Below are positions 42,714 to 52,400 of a stretch of 64,000 nt of DNA, one piece after another. Numbering within the stretch: the first letter of the stretch is position 1; each line of letters begins with the position of its first letter. The notes under the pieces were generated by a model. It searched no databases, was not told where the DNA came from, and was given only the letters and a program-made list of their open reading frames with translations. Location of the stretch: positions 603 to 64,602 of the IMG/VR virus record IMGVR_UViG_3300031890_000005. One strand, 5' to 3'. The position numbers and the translations under genes were made by a program. Source of the stretch: a virus (lineage: Duplodnaviria; Caudoviricetes).

Positions 42714-44462
42714 CTAAATGCTTGGGTCATACCTGATACTGAACTTCAGAATAGTCGAGCTACCGCCGACCTGCTCAACGCTAATCACGCCAGCGGGGGT
42801 AACACGAACGCCGATAGCCTGGCCCGAGACATCGGTATACGCCGCCTGGTGATAGTTAGTAGCAGGCCGGTAGGGAGTAGGCAACGGAGTACTACCGTTG
42901 AGGTTAAGGGCCGCTGAAAATGCTGCGTGGCTACAATAGCCCTCAATCATGACTGTCTTATCAGGCATCAGCTTGTACTGGGGCACCGTGTTGCTCGCAA
43001 CAGTGGTCCACCCCGAGTCCAAAGTAATAGGATGCCAAGACTCTGGCCCGCCATTAATTGGATCCACAGCTACAATCGGCGCGTTAATACCGTCGGTCAT
43101 AATCCCAGCAGGGAAAGCCTCAGCACTTAGCGGATCGGTCCCAGGAGCCCCGGCGATGCTTGCCATGATGGAAGTTGACGAAGGCGTATAGGTCAGGACC
43201 ATCTTGCCTGACCAGCCATTAGCGCCTGCTCGGGAGCCGCCCCCGTCGCCGCCCCCGCCCCCACCTCCACCGGCGGGCCCAACGGCCGGGCTCTGGCCAG
43301 CGAACGGGCTTAGGTTAGCGCCTCCACCGCGGCCTCCCGGGCCGCCGCCAGGCACCGCTGACGCTCCCGCTCCGTAGCCGCTACCACCTGTACTACCAGA
43401 GTTGCGGCCAGGGTTGCCGGCATTCCCTGGTACACCCGGACCACCAGAACCGCCGCCACCGCCGCCTCCTGCCGGTCCGTTAGCTATACCATTACCACCG
43501 CGGCCACCATTCTGAACGTCAATAGGACTACCCGGAGGCGTTGCGGTCCCGCCAGAGCCGCCAGCAGCACCCGTATTGCCAGACTGACCGTGATTGCCTC
43601 CGTCCGCTTTGGCCGTAGTAGAACTACTGAACCACGTAACGCCGCCGTCCCCACCGTCTACACCTGCGCCACTACCGCCGTTACCGTGACCGCCAATAGA
43701 CCAGCTATACGAGTTGCCAGGCACGACGGTAAGCTGATACTTAACATACTGCCCGCCGCCTCCGGCCGCCCCAGAAATGAAAAAGTTCGCTCCTCCGTTC
43801 CCGCCTCCACCACCTGCCCCGCCCCAGAGCTCAACGGTAACCGTCGTAACATTGTTAGGCGCAATCCAGGTTCCGGTGACGGGACTGCTTCCGGAACCGG
43901 AGTGCGTCTCAACAGTCGTACCGCCGGAGCCGTAAGTAAACAGGCCGCCGTTTGTACCGGAGATAATAATATCCGTAGCGTTGATCTGCTGTCCGTTGAT
44001 CTGAGCACCGTTGATTGTAAAACCGTCAATAGCTCCCGCTGCAATCATCCCGGCAACGATCGCATTAGCAGCGACCAGATTAGCTGTAACACTACCAGCC
44101 ATAATGGCATTAGTGCCGAACTGGTATGGAATCCAGTCAGTGCCGTTCCACTGAGTCAGCAGGAAGTTATTATTGCCATCATACCACAGGTCGCCGACAT
44201 TCGCCCCACTCGGCGCGACCGTGCCAATAGTGATACGGAGACCGGCAGTGACCATACCTGTAAACTCACCGGTCCCGTCGGCGTTGAGGCTCCAGCCCGC
44301 AGCGCCCTGAAGATAGTTCGGTGACTGAATCGTCGTGCGAGCCAATTGGGAACCGATCGCAACAGGGTCGGCAGCAATGTGTTCCAGGCGCTTAACTCGC
44401 TGCTCCAGCTGCCGAATCGTCTGCATAAGTCGTTTCTCAAGCGGCTGTGGATAGTTGCTCAC
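42714..44462 (-). CDS. Minor tail / fibre protein with Gly-rich domain
   Basis: N-terminal coiled coil, IQSPNY..G..GW, VELWGGAGGGGG and poly-Gly tracts. Confidence 0.8.
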   Translation of the reverse strand: MSNYPQPLEKRLMQTIRQLEQRVKRLEHIAADPVAIGSQLARTTIQSPNYLQGAAGWSLNADGTGEFTGMVTAGLRITIGTVAPSGANVGDLWYDGNNNFLLTQWNGTDWIPYQFGTNAIMAGSVTANLVAANAIVAGMIAAGAIDGFTINGAQINGQQINATDIIISGTNGGLFTYGSGGTTVETHSGSGSSPVTGTWIAPNNVTTVTVELWGGAGGGGGNGGANFFISGAAGGGGQYVKYQLTVVPGNSYSWSIGGHGNGGSGAGVDGGDGGVTWFSSSTTAKADGGNHGQSGNTGAAGGSGGTATPPGSPIDVQNGGRGGNGIANGPAGGGGGGGSGGPGVPGNAGNPGRNSGSTGGSGYGAGASAVPGGGPGGRGGGANLSPFAGQSPAVGPAGGGGGGGGDGGGSRAGANGWSGKMVLTYTPSSTSIMASIAGAPGTDPLSAEAFPAGIMTDGINAPIVAVDPINGGPESWHPITLDSGWTTVASNTVPQYKLMPDKTVMIEGYCSHAAFSAALNLNGSTPLPTPYRPATNYHQAAYTDVSGQAIGVRVTPAGVISVEQVGGSSTILKFSIRYDPSI

Positions 44463-47400
44463 TCACCCTCCCTGCAACGTAGGGGCAGTCCCTGCGCCTA
44501 GCGTATACATCGTCTGCTCCGGTTGACTCCCTGCTGGGAAGTTCAAAGTCCAGCCTGTCAAGCGGAACGCGCCCATATAGCCTGGCCGACCCTGCGGCCC
44601 CGAAGGATGCAAGGGCGACGTCAGGCCGGTACGCACCTCATCGCCAAGCTGTACATGCCTCACTTGCGGCACTGCATCATCACCCACTAGGAAAGTCGGA
44701 TTGATAAACGCACTCGGCGCAAAGTCCACAACAAGTGAGTCTGAGTACTTCTGTATCTGAGCTTGTGACGTTACTGTGCCGCTAAACGATTGCGAATCCT
44801 CCAAGAGCGGCATACCATCAACCACCCCGGTGGATGCTACCTGATAGTTGACTGGGTTACTGCCGCTGCCTGAACCAGTAACGACCTCGCGGTTGACTGC
44901 CGACTGTGGGGTCCATGGAAACGCATAGTCAATCAAGCCTCGACTAGGGAAGGTAATCTGAAACTGCGTGTCGACAAACTTTCTGCCTAGCAACGGTAGC
45001 CCCAGCCGTACCTGCGTGAACAGCGATCCGGCACTAGTAATTGCCGGTGCTAGGGTATACTCAAGACCGTAAGTCGTAACCAGATCGTTCCAGCAATCGT
45101 AGACCTTCTTGAGGCTATCCGCCTCAACTACGGAACCGACAATGCCAGAGTACTGTACCACATCTACTATACCCGACTGATTCGCATAGCGGCCCGTTCC
45201 TGCGATATTCCCGTTAGGTGTCTTGCTCAATGCAAACAACAGTTCCTGTCGGAAGATCTCAAATATGTCCAGGTTATTGAACACAAGGTTCGTATCAACC
45301 TGCCGATGCTTGAAGAACTCCTCCATGCTGGCAGCCTGAAGCGGTAGCGTACCGTCCGACACCGACTGATGATTCCAGGCTACGATAGGCCCATTCCAGA
45401 TCGGGAAGCCATTTTGAAATACCCATAGAATACTCCGCCATGGCTGAACGGCCTTCATCCAGGTAGCTACCATCCGGCTGCCGGGGCCGGCAGTAGGCAG
45501 AGTCAAGTTGCCACTAAACGAGCCTACTGAGTTAATCTGGCTCTGCGCTGTCAAGCCCGTAATAGGCAAAGAGTCAGCCAGTACACGACCTGTTACCGTA
45601 TCTGTTGTTACGAATCGATAGACATTACCAGGCGCCCGCAGAGGATACGGAGACGGCATAGGCATTGCTAGTGGCGGAGGCGGAGCCGACGGCGGTAGGA
45701 GCGTGCTCCCAGGCGGATACAGAGTACCGCTCGCTGCACTAGAGTCAACCAAGGCGCTACTCAAGGTGAATACCGTAATGAAGTGACCAGAAGCGACACT
45801 GACAGTTGAAGACGTAGCGAAAGCCATCCATGTCGTCGGACCGCCGCCAACGGACGGATCAAGCGCATCGAACAGTCGCTGATACGCCGCAACGACTCGC
45901 GAATCCGTAGTACCGTCAATCGTGTTCCCAGTACCGTTAGCATACCACATAACGGGCAGGTTGGCCTGCGCGCCGGCGGTCAGCTGATTGGTCATCGGAA
46001 TACGAACCTGGTTATCAATCCAGGAGGCAGTACCGGCAGGGTCGTCCTGAATCGGTCGCGTGCTACCATCCGTACCGCCCATCTCACCGATACCCGCCGG
46101 GAATGGTGGAGATGTGCTGTTGCACGAACTAAGTATACTGGCCAGAGTAATACCGTTGACTGCGTAGTCGCCGGAGTAGTAATAGTCTATTGAAATGCCG
46201 GTACACAACGGCCGCCCGTCACTCTGAAGCCGTGGCGGAATGAATGTCAGGGCCGAGCTAGAGGACGAAATCGCCGGATTGTACTGACACTGCAAGCCGG
46301 AAGAGGTAATCGTAGGACCGTGATAGTTAAACCAGTCAATATAGTTCTGAGCTGCCTGCGCCCCAGTCGGCGTACCGTACGGACTGGGTATGGAGGTACC
46401 GCTAGCGTCGGTCCAAGTCTTGCTGGTACCGTCTCCAAACGGACCATGCTGTCCGTTGATATTTGACTCATTGCCCATGCACACGTGAGGAGCAATGCCA
46501 TTATTCTTCCAGTACGTAATCATAGTCCGCAGGCTAGTCAGGCTCGAGGATACCCCGCCACCGACCGCTCGTGTAGGCTTTACACAAACGACACAGAAGA
46601 TGTCGTGGTTGACCATATAATCAACAACGCTTTGAGCCGGGTTGGCAGCGGACTCGTACTCGTTCTCGTTAAGGTACCGCTTACATCCTCGATTAGCTGA
46701 GACCCTACTTACAAACCCATCAAATGCAGTCTTGGCCTGATAGTTAGTGTACCCCAGACCCGGATAAGCACCGCTAAAGATAGACGCGCCAACAATACCC
46801 TTATTAGACACGACGGCTGGCTTGATACCGACAATGATCACATTCCAAGCCGCAGAGGCCGCAGTAGTACCGGAAGCTGTAACCGCTGCGGCTGCGGTAC
46901 CGAGCCTCGTAGCCATCGATGCTGAAGCATTGGCTCCGGAAGTTATGTTTGACGCAACTACCTGCCAGCCCGAATCCCATGTAAAAGTTCCTGCCGCGTT
47001 CTGCGTAGTGACGATCGCGACAAACATCTCTCCGGCTTGGCTAGGCACTCCCGAAGTTAGCGACGGCGCTGCACTAGTACCAGTACCTTGAATAGTTACA
47101 GCCACATCTTCCGGCAAGGCCATGCTCTGCATACCGACAGCGATCCACTGCTTCGCTTGCCCAGTACCAGTATACGTAATGGTGATCTGATCAGCCGTCA
47201 CTCCTGGGCCCGCTGCTTTGAGTCCATTGTTAGCAACAGTCTTCCACAACGTCACCGCCGGGCTGGTAGCCGACCCAGAGATTTTCGTATAGGTATGCCC
47301 CTGTGTATCAGTAATCCCGGTAGGTTGTGCAGCGCCAGTACCTCCAGCTATAATAACGACGTCGCCAGGCAATACAGGCCATCCGCCACCGTCGCCCACG

Positions 47401-47474
47401 GTCATGACAAGAGTAGTAGCACCCGCTCCGACAGCATCGCTGGCGATCAGATACGGCAGTATATCCAGGGCCAT
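44463..47474 (-). CDS. Large minor tail protein: beta-sandwich N-terminus, GH-A-like domain, Gp37-like tail hub domain
   Basis: GNES/GEMG motifs; YRFVTTDTVTGRVLAD.LP starts a typical actinophage minor tail domain. Confidence 0.75.
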   Translation of the reverse strand: MALDILPYLIASDAVGAGATTLVMTVGDGGGWPVLPGDVVIIAGGTGAAQPTGITDTQGHTYTKISGSATSPAVTLWKTVANNGLKAAGPGVTADQITITYTGTGQAKQWIAVGMQSMALPEDVAVTIQGTGTSAAPSLTSGVPSQAGEMFVAIVTTQNAAGTFTWDSGWQVVASNITSGANASASMATRLGTAAAAVTASGTTAASAAWNVIIVGIKPAVVSNKGIVGASIFSGAYPGLGYTNYQAKTAFDGFVSRVSANRGCKRYLNENEYESAANPAQSVVDYMVNHDIFCVVCVKPTRAVGGGVSSSLTSLRTMITYWKNNGIAPHVCMGNESNINGQHGPFGDGTSKTWTDASGTSIPSPYGTPTGAQAAQNYIDWFNYHGPTITSSGLQCQYNPAISSSSSALTFIPPRLQSDGRPLCTGISIDYYYSGDYAVNGITLASILSSCNSTSPPFPAGIGEMGGTDGSTRPIQDDPAGTASWIDNQVRIPMTNQLTAGAQANLPVMWYANGTGNTIDGTTDSRVVAAYQRLFDALDPSVGGGPTTWMAFATSSTVSVASGHFITVFTLSSALVDSSAASGTLYPPGSTLLPPSAPPPPLAMPMPSPYPLRAPGNVYRFVTTDTVTGRVLADSLPITGLTAQSQINSVGSFSGNLTLPTAGPGSRMVATWMKAVQPWRSILWVFQNGFPIWNGPIVAWNHQSVSDGTLPLQAASMEEFFKHRQVDTNLVFNNLDIFEIFRQELLFALSKTPNGNIAGTGRYANQSGIVDVVQYSGIVGSVVEADSLKKVYDCWNDLVTTYGLEYTLAPAITSAGSLFTQVRLGLPLLGRKFVDTQFQITFPSRGLIDYAFPWTPQSAVNREVVTGSGSGSNPVNYQVASTGVVDGMPLLEDSQSFSGTVTSQAQIQKYSDSLVVDFAPSAFINPTFLVGDDAVPQVRHVQLGDEVRTGLTSPLHPSGPQGRPGYMGAFRLTGWTLNFPAGSQPEQTMYTLGAGTAPTLQGG

Positions 47475-48523
47475 TATAGGGTCGCCTGCTTCACAGACAG
47501 CTCGATCGGCATGAAACTAGCGCCAGAGATCGTTGCAGTATTCACATGTAGCGCTACACGCAGCTGTACAGTATGAGTTCCCGCTGCCGGCGTAGTTCCC
47601 TTCAGGCCGCTCGTGACATGAATCACGTTTTGGGTCCCGTAATGATAGTTACCATCGGTCTGAGCCGGCTGAAAAGCGAAGACCTGATTGTCCTGAACCA
47701 TCGTCGAGTCTACATACAGCCGAAGATGCATCCAGTCACGCCCGACCGAATTATAAGCGTCTCCAAACCTTCCGATAAGCTCATAGTCGGACAGGCCATC
47801 AGCGGTAAAGTTAACTGACAACAACGTTGTCTCTGAACCGCTCGGCGCACTCTTGTTTGACGCACTGATTGCCAGCGCCGGAGGAGCTCCCAGCACGTGA
47901 AGCGGCTGGGCGCCCGTTGCGGTTAGCGCAAACAGTCGGCTGTTCGTCAGGTCGTACCCGATAAGGCCTGGCCAGCCAACAGGCAGGTTCGCCATATTCG
48001 GACAGAGCATGATACCGCCAGAACAAGCCGTGAAGATCCGCTCGTCGGTAATGTTGACCTGAGCGAACGACGACACACCCGCGTTGATGCGAATCTGAGC
48101 TAGCGACAACCCAGCTACTGGCACCGCAGGTGGCGAAGGCGAAGCTGCCGCAGTACCCTGGACGATAATGATCTGTCCAAATGACGTCGAGTTACCGTTA
48201 TCGACTACCTGAACAACCCAGCGGTCGATACGCGGGTTCGTTGGATCCGCCGCATTGTGAGTCAACGTCTGGACTGCACTGTTCACCGGAATGTAAGGGC
48301 CGGCCGCGACTGTCGCAGCAGGAATGACCGCCGCCCCAGGGTTGCAGGTAGCACTCAAGCCGCTAGACGCTAGAACCTGTAGCGCATTCCCAACGTTGGC
48401 AAGCACGCCGCCTCGGGACGCCCCAAGGGCCGTAAGACCGGCCGTCATATTGCGCCCGATCGTATCCGACCACGTAGTACCCGCCAGCCAACCGCAGTAG
48501 CCCAAGCTCACGCTAGTTGCCAT
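47474..48523 (-). CDS. Minor tail protein
   Basis: TLTHNAADPTNPRIDR.VV.V.D, ITDER motif common in actinophage tail proteins. Confidence 0.8.
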   Translation of the reverse strand: MATSVSLGYCGWLAGTTWSDTIGRNMTAGLTALGASRGGVLANVGNALQVLASSGLSATCNPGAAVIPAATVAAGPYIPVNSAVQTLTHNAADPTNPRIDRWVVQVVDNGNSTSFGQIIIVQGTAAASPSPPAVPVAGLSLAQIRINAGVSSFAQVNITDERIFTACSGGIMLCPNMANLPVGWPGLIGYDLTNSRLFALTATGAQPLHVLGAPPALAISASNKSAPSGSETTLLSVNFTADGLSDYELIGRFGDAYNSVGRDWMHLRLYVDSTMVQDNQVFAFQPAQTDGNYHYGTQNVIHVTSGLKGTTPAAGTHTVQLRVALHVNTATISGASFMPIELSVKQATL

Positions 48524-48532
48524 GCTTGCTCC

Positions 48533-49498
48533 TTATATCCACGCGTCGCGCGACCTCACGACCATAGTACCAGCATCGCTAATCACGCTAGTGCCGCTCA
48601 TTAGAAGAACATTGTCCAAACCTGGGTGCAGCGGGAACCAGGACGACGTAACATCCGCAGCTACGTAGCCACTAATCGATCCAGGTATCTGCAAAGGAAC
48701 GTCTAGGGTTACATTGCCAGGATTCACCCAAGCCATGCGAGAGTCACAGTCAATCACCATAAGGTCCCCTGCAGCCAAGTTGACCTGAGACCAGGACACT
48801 ATCTGTCCCGTGCTCTGTAGCTGAATGCCAGGAGCGTGATGTGGGCCGTTAATCGTTATCACAGGTCGAGTCTCAAAGTTGCCCGCGTTGGCGCACATGC
48901 TCGCAGGCGGTGCAGGGTTATTCGGGAGCGTAAACGGAATCGTCGTCGGTGCCCCCGTCGTCCCAATCGACATATAGCTCTGAGACAGCCAAGCCGTCAT
49001 TGGTGAGACACTCAACACTACGTTGTACTTGCGTGGATCCGGAGCAATCAAGACGCATGAGAAGTCCACCTCAAGGAGGTTATCATACGCCTCGGGAATG
49101 CGCCCGCTCCGTCGCACCCACATCTGCTTCGGGATAGGCTCGTTGTACTGCATGAGGCAAAGCTCGTTAACGGGAATGACTCGTTGCAATATAGCTCTAG
49201 CAACATCGCGCAGGTACTGAGTAGGAGCCGATGCTCTGACAGTTACCGTCATTGCCCGCGGCGCGTAAGTCTGCAATGCTGGCCACCCACCATGATCGGC
49301 TCCACGCTGTATCACGCCGCCCGACACGTCAGGGCTGTCCCAACCGTCAATCTTTTCCCAGAGCCAAGCAATACCGTTCGCATCAGGACCGGTACCGATG
49401 CTGACCTGTATCGGCTGTCCTGCCTGCGGGCCCATCGACGGCCAATGAGTAAACGAGCCTGTCCAGTAACCGATGTCAACGCTTGCCGGTGTTGTCAC
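48533..49498 (-). CDS. Distal tail protein (Dit-like)
   Basis: Immediately after the tape measure; GW.SP, APDPRKY, NAGN..T.P.ITI.GP, RDAWI. Confidence 0.8.
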   Translation of the reverse strand: MTTPASVDIGYWTGSFTHWPSMGPQAGQPIQVSIGTGPDANGIAWLWEKIDGWDSPDVSGGVIQRGADHGGWPALQTYAPRAMTVTVRASAPTQYLRDVARAILQRVIPVNELCLMQYNEPIPKQMWVRRSGRIPEAYDNLLEVDFSCVLIAPDPRKYNVVLSVSPMTAWLSQSYMSIGTTGAPTTIPFTLPNNPAPPASMCANAGNFETRPVITINGPHHAPGIQLQSTGQIVSWSQVNLAAGDLMVIDCDSRMAWVNPGNVTLDVPLQIPGSISGYVAADVTSSWFPLHPGLDNVLLMSGTSVISDAGTMVVRSRDAWI

Positions 49499-52400
49499 GG
49501 AGCAACTCCAAAGGCCAACGCCATATCCATATTCATCCGACGCTGCATCTCCGGTGTTGGATACTGCGTACCATAGTACTGATTGATGACCGTCATCCCT
49601 CCAGCGCCCCTGATACTCACACCCGGAGTAACGACAGCCCCGCCAGGGCCGACCGACACAAGCTCAGGCAGACCAGCCTCACCAACAATCCCAGAGCTGC
49701 CCATCGGGATTGTCCCGCCAGTAGCATGACGCGGTACGTGGAACCAGCGGGCCGCCTCCTGACCAAACCTGCGCGCCCAGTGATCAACCTCACGCTCGAT
49801 CTCTCGCCGCTGCCTCCTAAAGCCCGCCGCCAAGTTCAAGCTTGTGCTACCGTAAGCGGACGCAGCTGCTTGTCCCGCAAGCCCCTGCTCTGCAGCTCCG
49901 ACTGCCTCTTCAGTCGCTAGCAGTTCCTTAATCTGCCGATGGCCCATAGCGAGAATCTCGTCGGCTATCTGCTGGCCGGCATCAGGACCCATAGCCACGA
50001 TCTGCTTGATCAGACCTCTACTAACGCCGGCCTTGCCTAGAGCCTTAATCGACCTCGTAAACTTACGCAGGCTCTGCAATCTTTGCTGCAACTGCATATT
50101 GAGGAACGCGCCGCCGCTCACATATCCCTGAGCGGTATACGCGCCGCCAACAAGCAGCCCTGAAACATCCGCATAGCCGCTTAGGCCTTGAGCGACACTT
50201 GTACGATACGTCCTAGCTGCCGCAACCGTCCTGTCTACCGTACCGGCGATATGCCTCAGGTGCTTCTCTTGCTGCGCAACGAGGTGATCAAGGTGTCGCT
50301 GACGCGCGCCCGTAAAGTGCTTATGGATGTTCCTTAGCAAGTCCCTGATGTCAGTAAAAACATGACGGTCGCGCATCAGGTCATGTACTACCTCGCTAAT
50401 ACCTGGAGTGCCCCTTGCGTACATTGGTACAACTGGCTCGCCGCCGTGGAACCGCACCAACTCGGGGCCTAGCTCACCGACAACGCCCCAGCCAGGAGCG
50501 GCTCCAGAAGTCCCCTTAGCGTAGTACGCCCTATACGCACCAGAGGTATAAGTAACCCATGCACCCAGTCCCTGCGACTCATACTTAGCTACAGCCATCC
50601 GCGCATTAGTGAATGGGTCAAACGGGTTGCCCGGGAACGGTACACCCAGGATCTGCCACAGACCAGAAGCACCCGAGGGGTTGTACGCTCTGGAGTTACC
50701 GCCGGACTCGGCCATAGCAATGGCTGCCATGAGATGCGCTACGCCAGGAGGTCCGCCAGCAGCAATCCACAGGTTCTCCAGATAGGGCATCGCCGCATGA
50801 GTAGCTGGGCCCCTTGGACCGCCTCCCATCATCTCGCGCCGAGCAGCTGACATCGCGGCCTTCATAGCCGTAGTCATCGCTCGTTCCATCGACTGGGTTA
50901 CCTGGCTACGGAACCGCTCATCGTAGGTAACAGTCGACTGTCCCGGATCGATACCACTCTGAATGAACCCGCCGCCCTGGAAGCCAGGCACTCCATGCCG
51001 CTTCAAGACAGCCGCAACGTGAGGCACGACTTCTTTCGGAACGATTGCCTCGCCACCTTCAACCAACGCTAGGTGTCTATCGCCTCCGCCGTAACCCGGG
51101 ACCAGCATGCCCTTTGCAGCCCCAGTGACACCAGGGCCTTGACCGCCATACTTCTGGCCGCCAATGCCATAGTGCAGACCGCCACCAGGTAGGTTCCCCA
51201 CGATCGAGAAGTGACCAGTGCCGTGCTCTATGATGCTCAAGATGACCTTAGTCGGGATGCCTGTGATCTTATGAATCAGGGCCGCAATCTTATCAGTGCC
51301 GATACCCGCCTGTCGACCAATGTTCGCAAGGTTCTGAATCAGGTTCTTCTGCGGCTGGTTACCCTTCTGCACAGCGTCGTTGTACTCATTCTGCATGTCC
51401 CGGCTGGCCTTAAGAGCGTCGTGCTCCTTTTGCAAGGCTGTCTTGCCAGCATCGATATGCCCCGTGTATGCCTGAATAATTGAGTCCGCCTCCGACGTGC
51501 TGCCTGTCAACCGAATCAGGATATCCCTAACCGTCCTGTAAACACCCGACTGCTTCAGGCCAGCTACACCGTTAGCGTTAATGTAGTTCGTAAGGTTATT
51601 GACCGCATCTGTCAAGCCTGAGGCCTTCAATTGAGCAGCATCCATCGACGAGATGATCTGCTGCTGCATTACATTGCCAAGCTTCGATGCGACATCAGCC
51701 ATATTGGCCATCCTGATTGTCGTCTGATCGACAATCTTCCGGAGGCCGCTCATCGAATGGCCGCCCTGATCGACCCATTCCTTCAGCGTCTTGAAGTTGC
51801 TCGTAAACGGCCCGCCAGCCTCCTGAGCCATTGCGCTCAGTTCGGCTGTTGCTACCTTCGAATGCTGGGCCAGCGGGAGCATCTGCGAGATGATAGCACG
51901 GACTGCGTACGTCAGTTTGTCGCTAGTGATCTGGCCCTCGGCCCCCGCTGTCCTGAACCAGTCCAGCATCTGCTGACCAGGACCAGTAATAGCCGCATTG
52001 AACTGCTGCCAAGTCTGTGCCCCCTTCTGGCCTGCAGCCGTCAACGAGTTGGCGAACCCCGTTGTTGCGGTAGTCGCGCTCGTTGCTGCTCTCTTATGCA
52101 AGTCAATCGACGACACGGTTCCTTGCATGCTAGCCGAAGTCTTTAGCGCCGTAATTCCCATGCCCTGTATTGCAAGCACAAAGCCTGAGAACGCGTTCGT
52201 ACCCCCCGTCACGTTGGCTAGAAACTCATCCCAGGCCTGATTCAGTTGCGATACCTTAGTTGAAGCCAACCCGCTCTGGATCGCCAATGCGGACATGTCA
52301 TTGCCGACGGCACCAAGCGGTTGGCCCATAGCCCGCAGGCCGGCAACATAGTCCGCTATCTGGAACCGCGCAATCCGCGCCGCTTGACCCTGTCCGAGGA

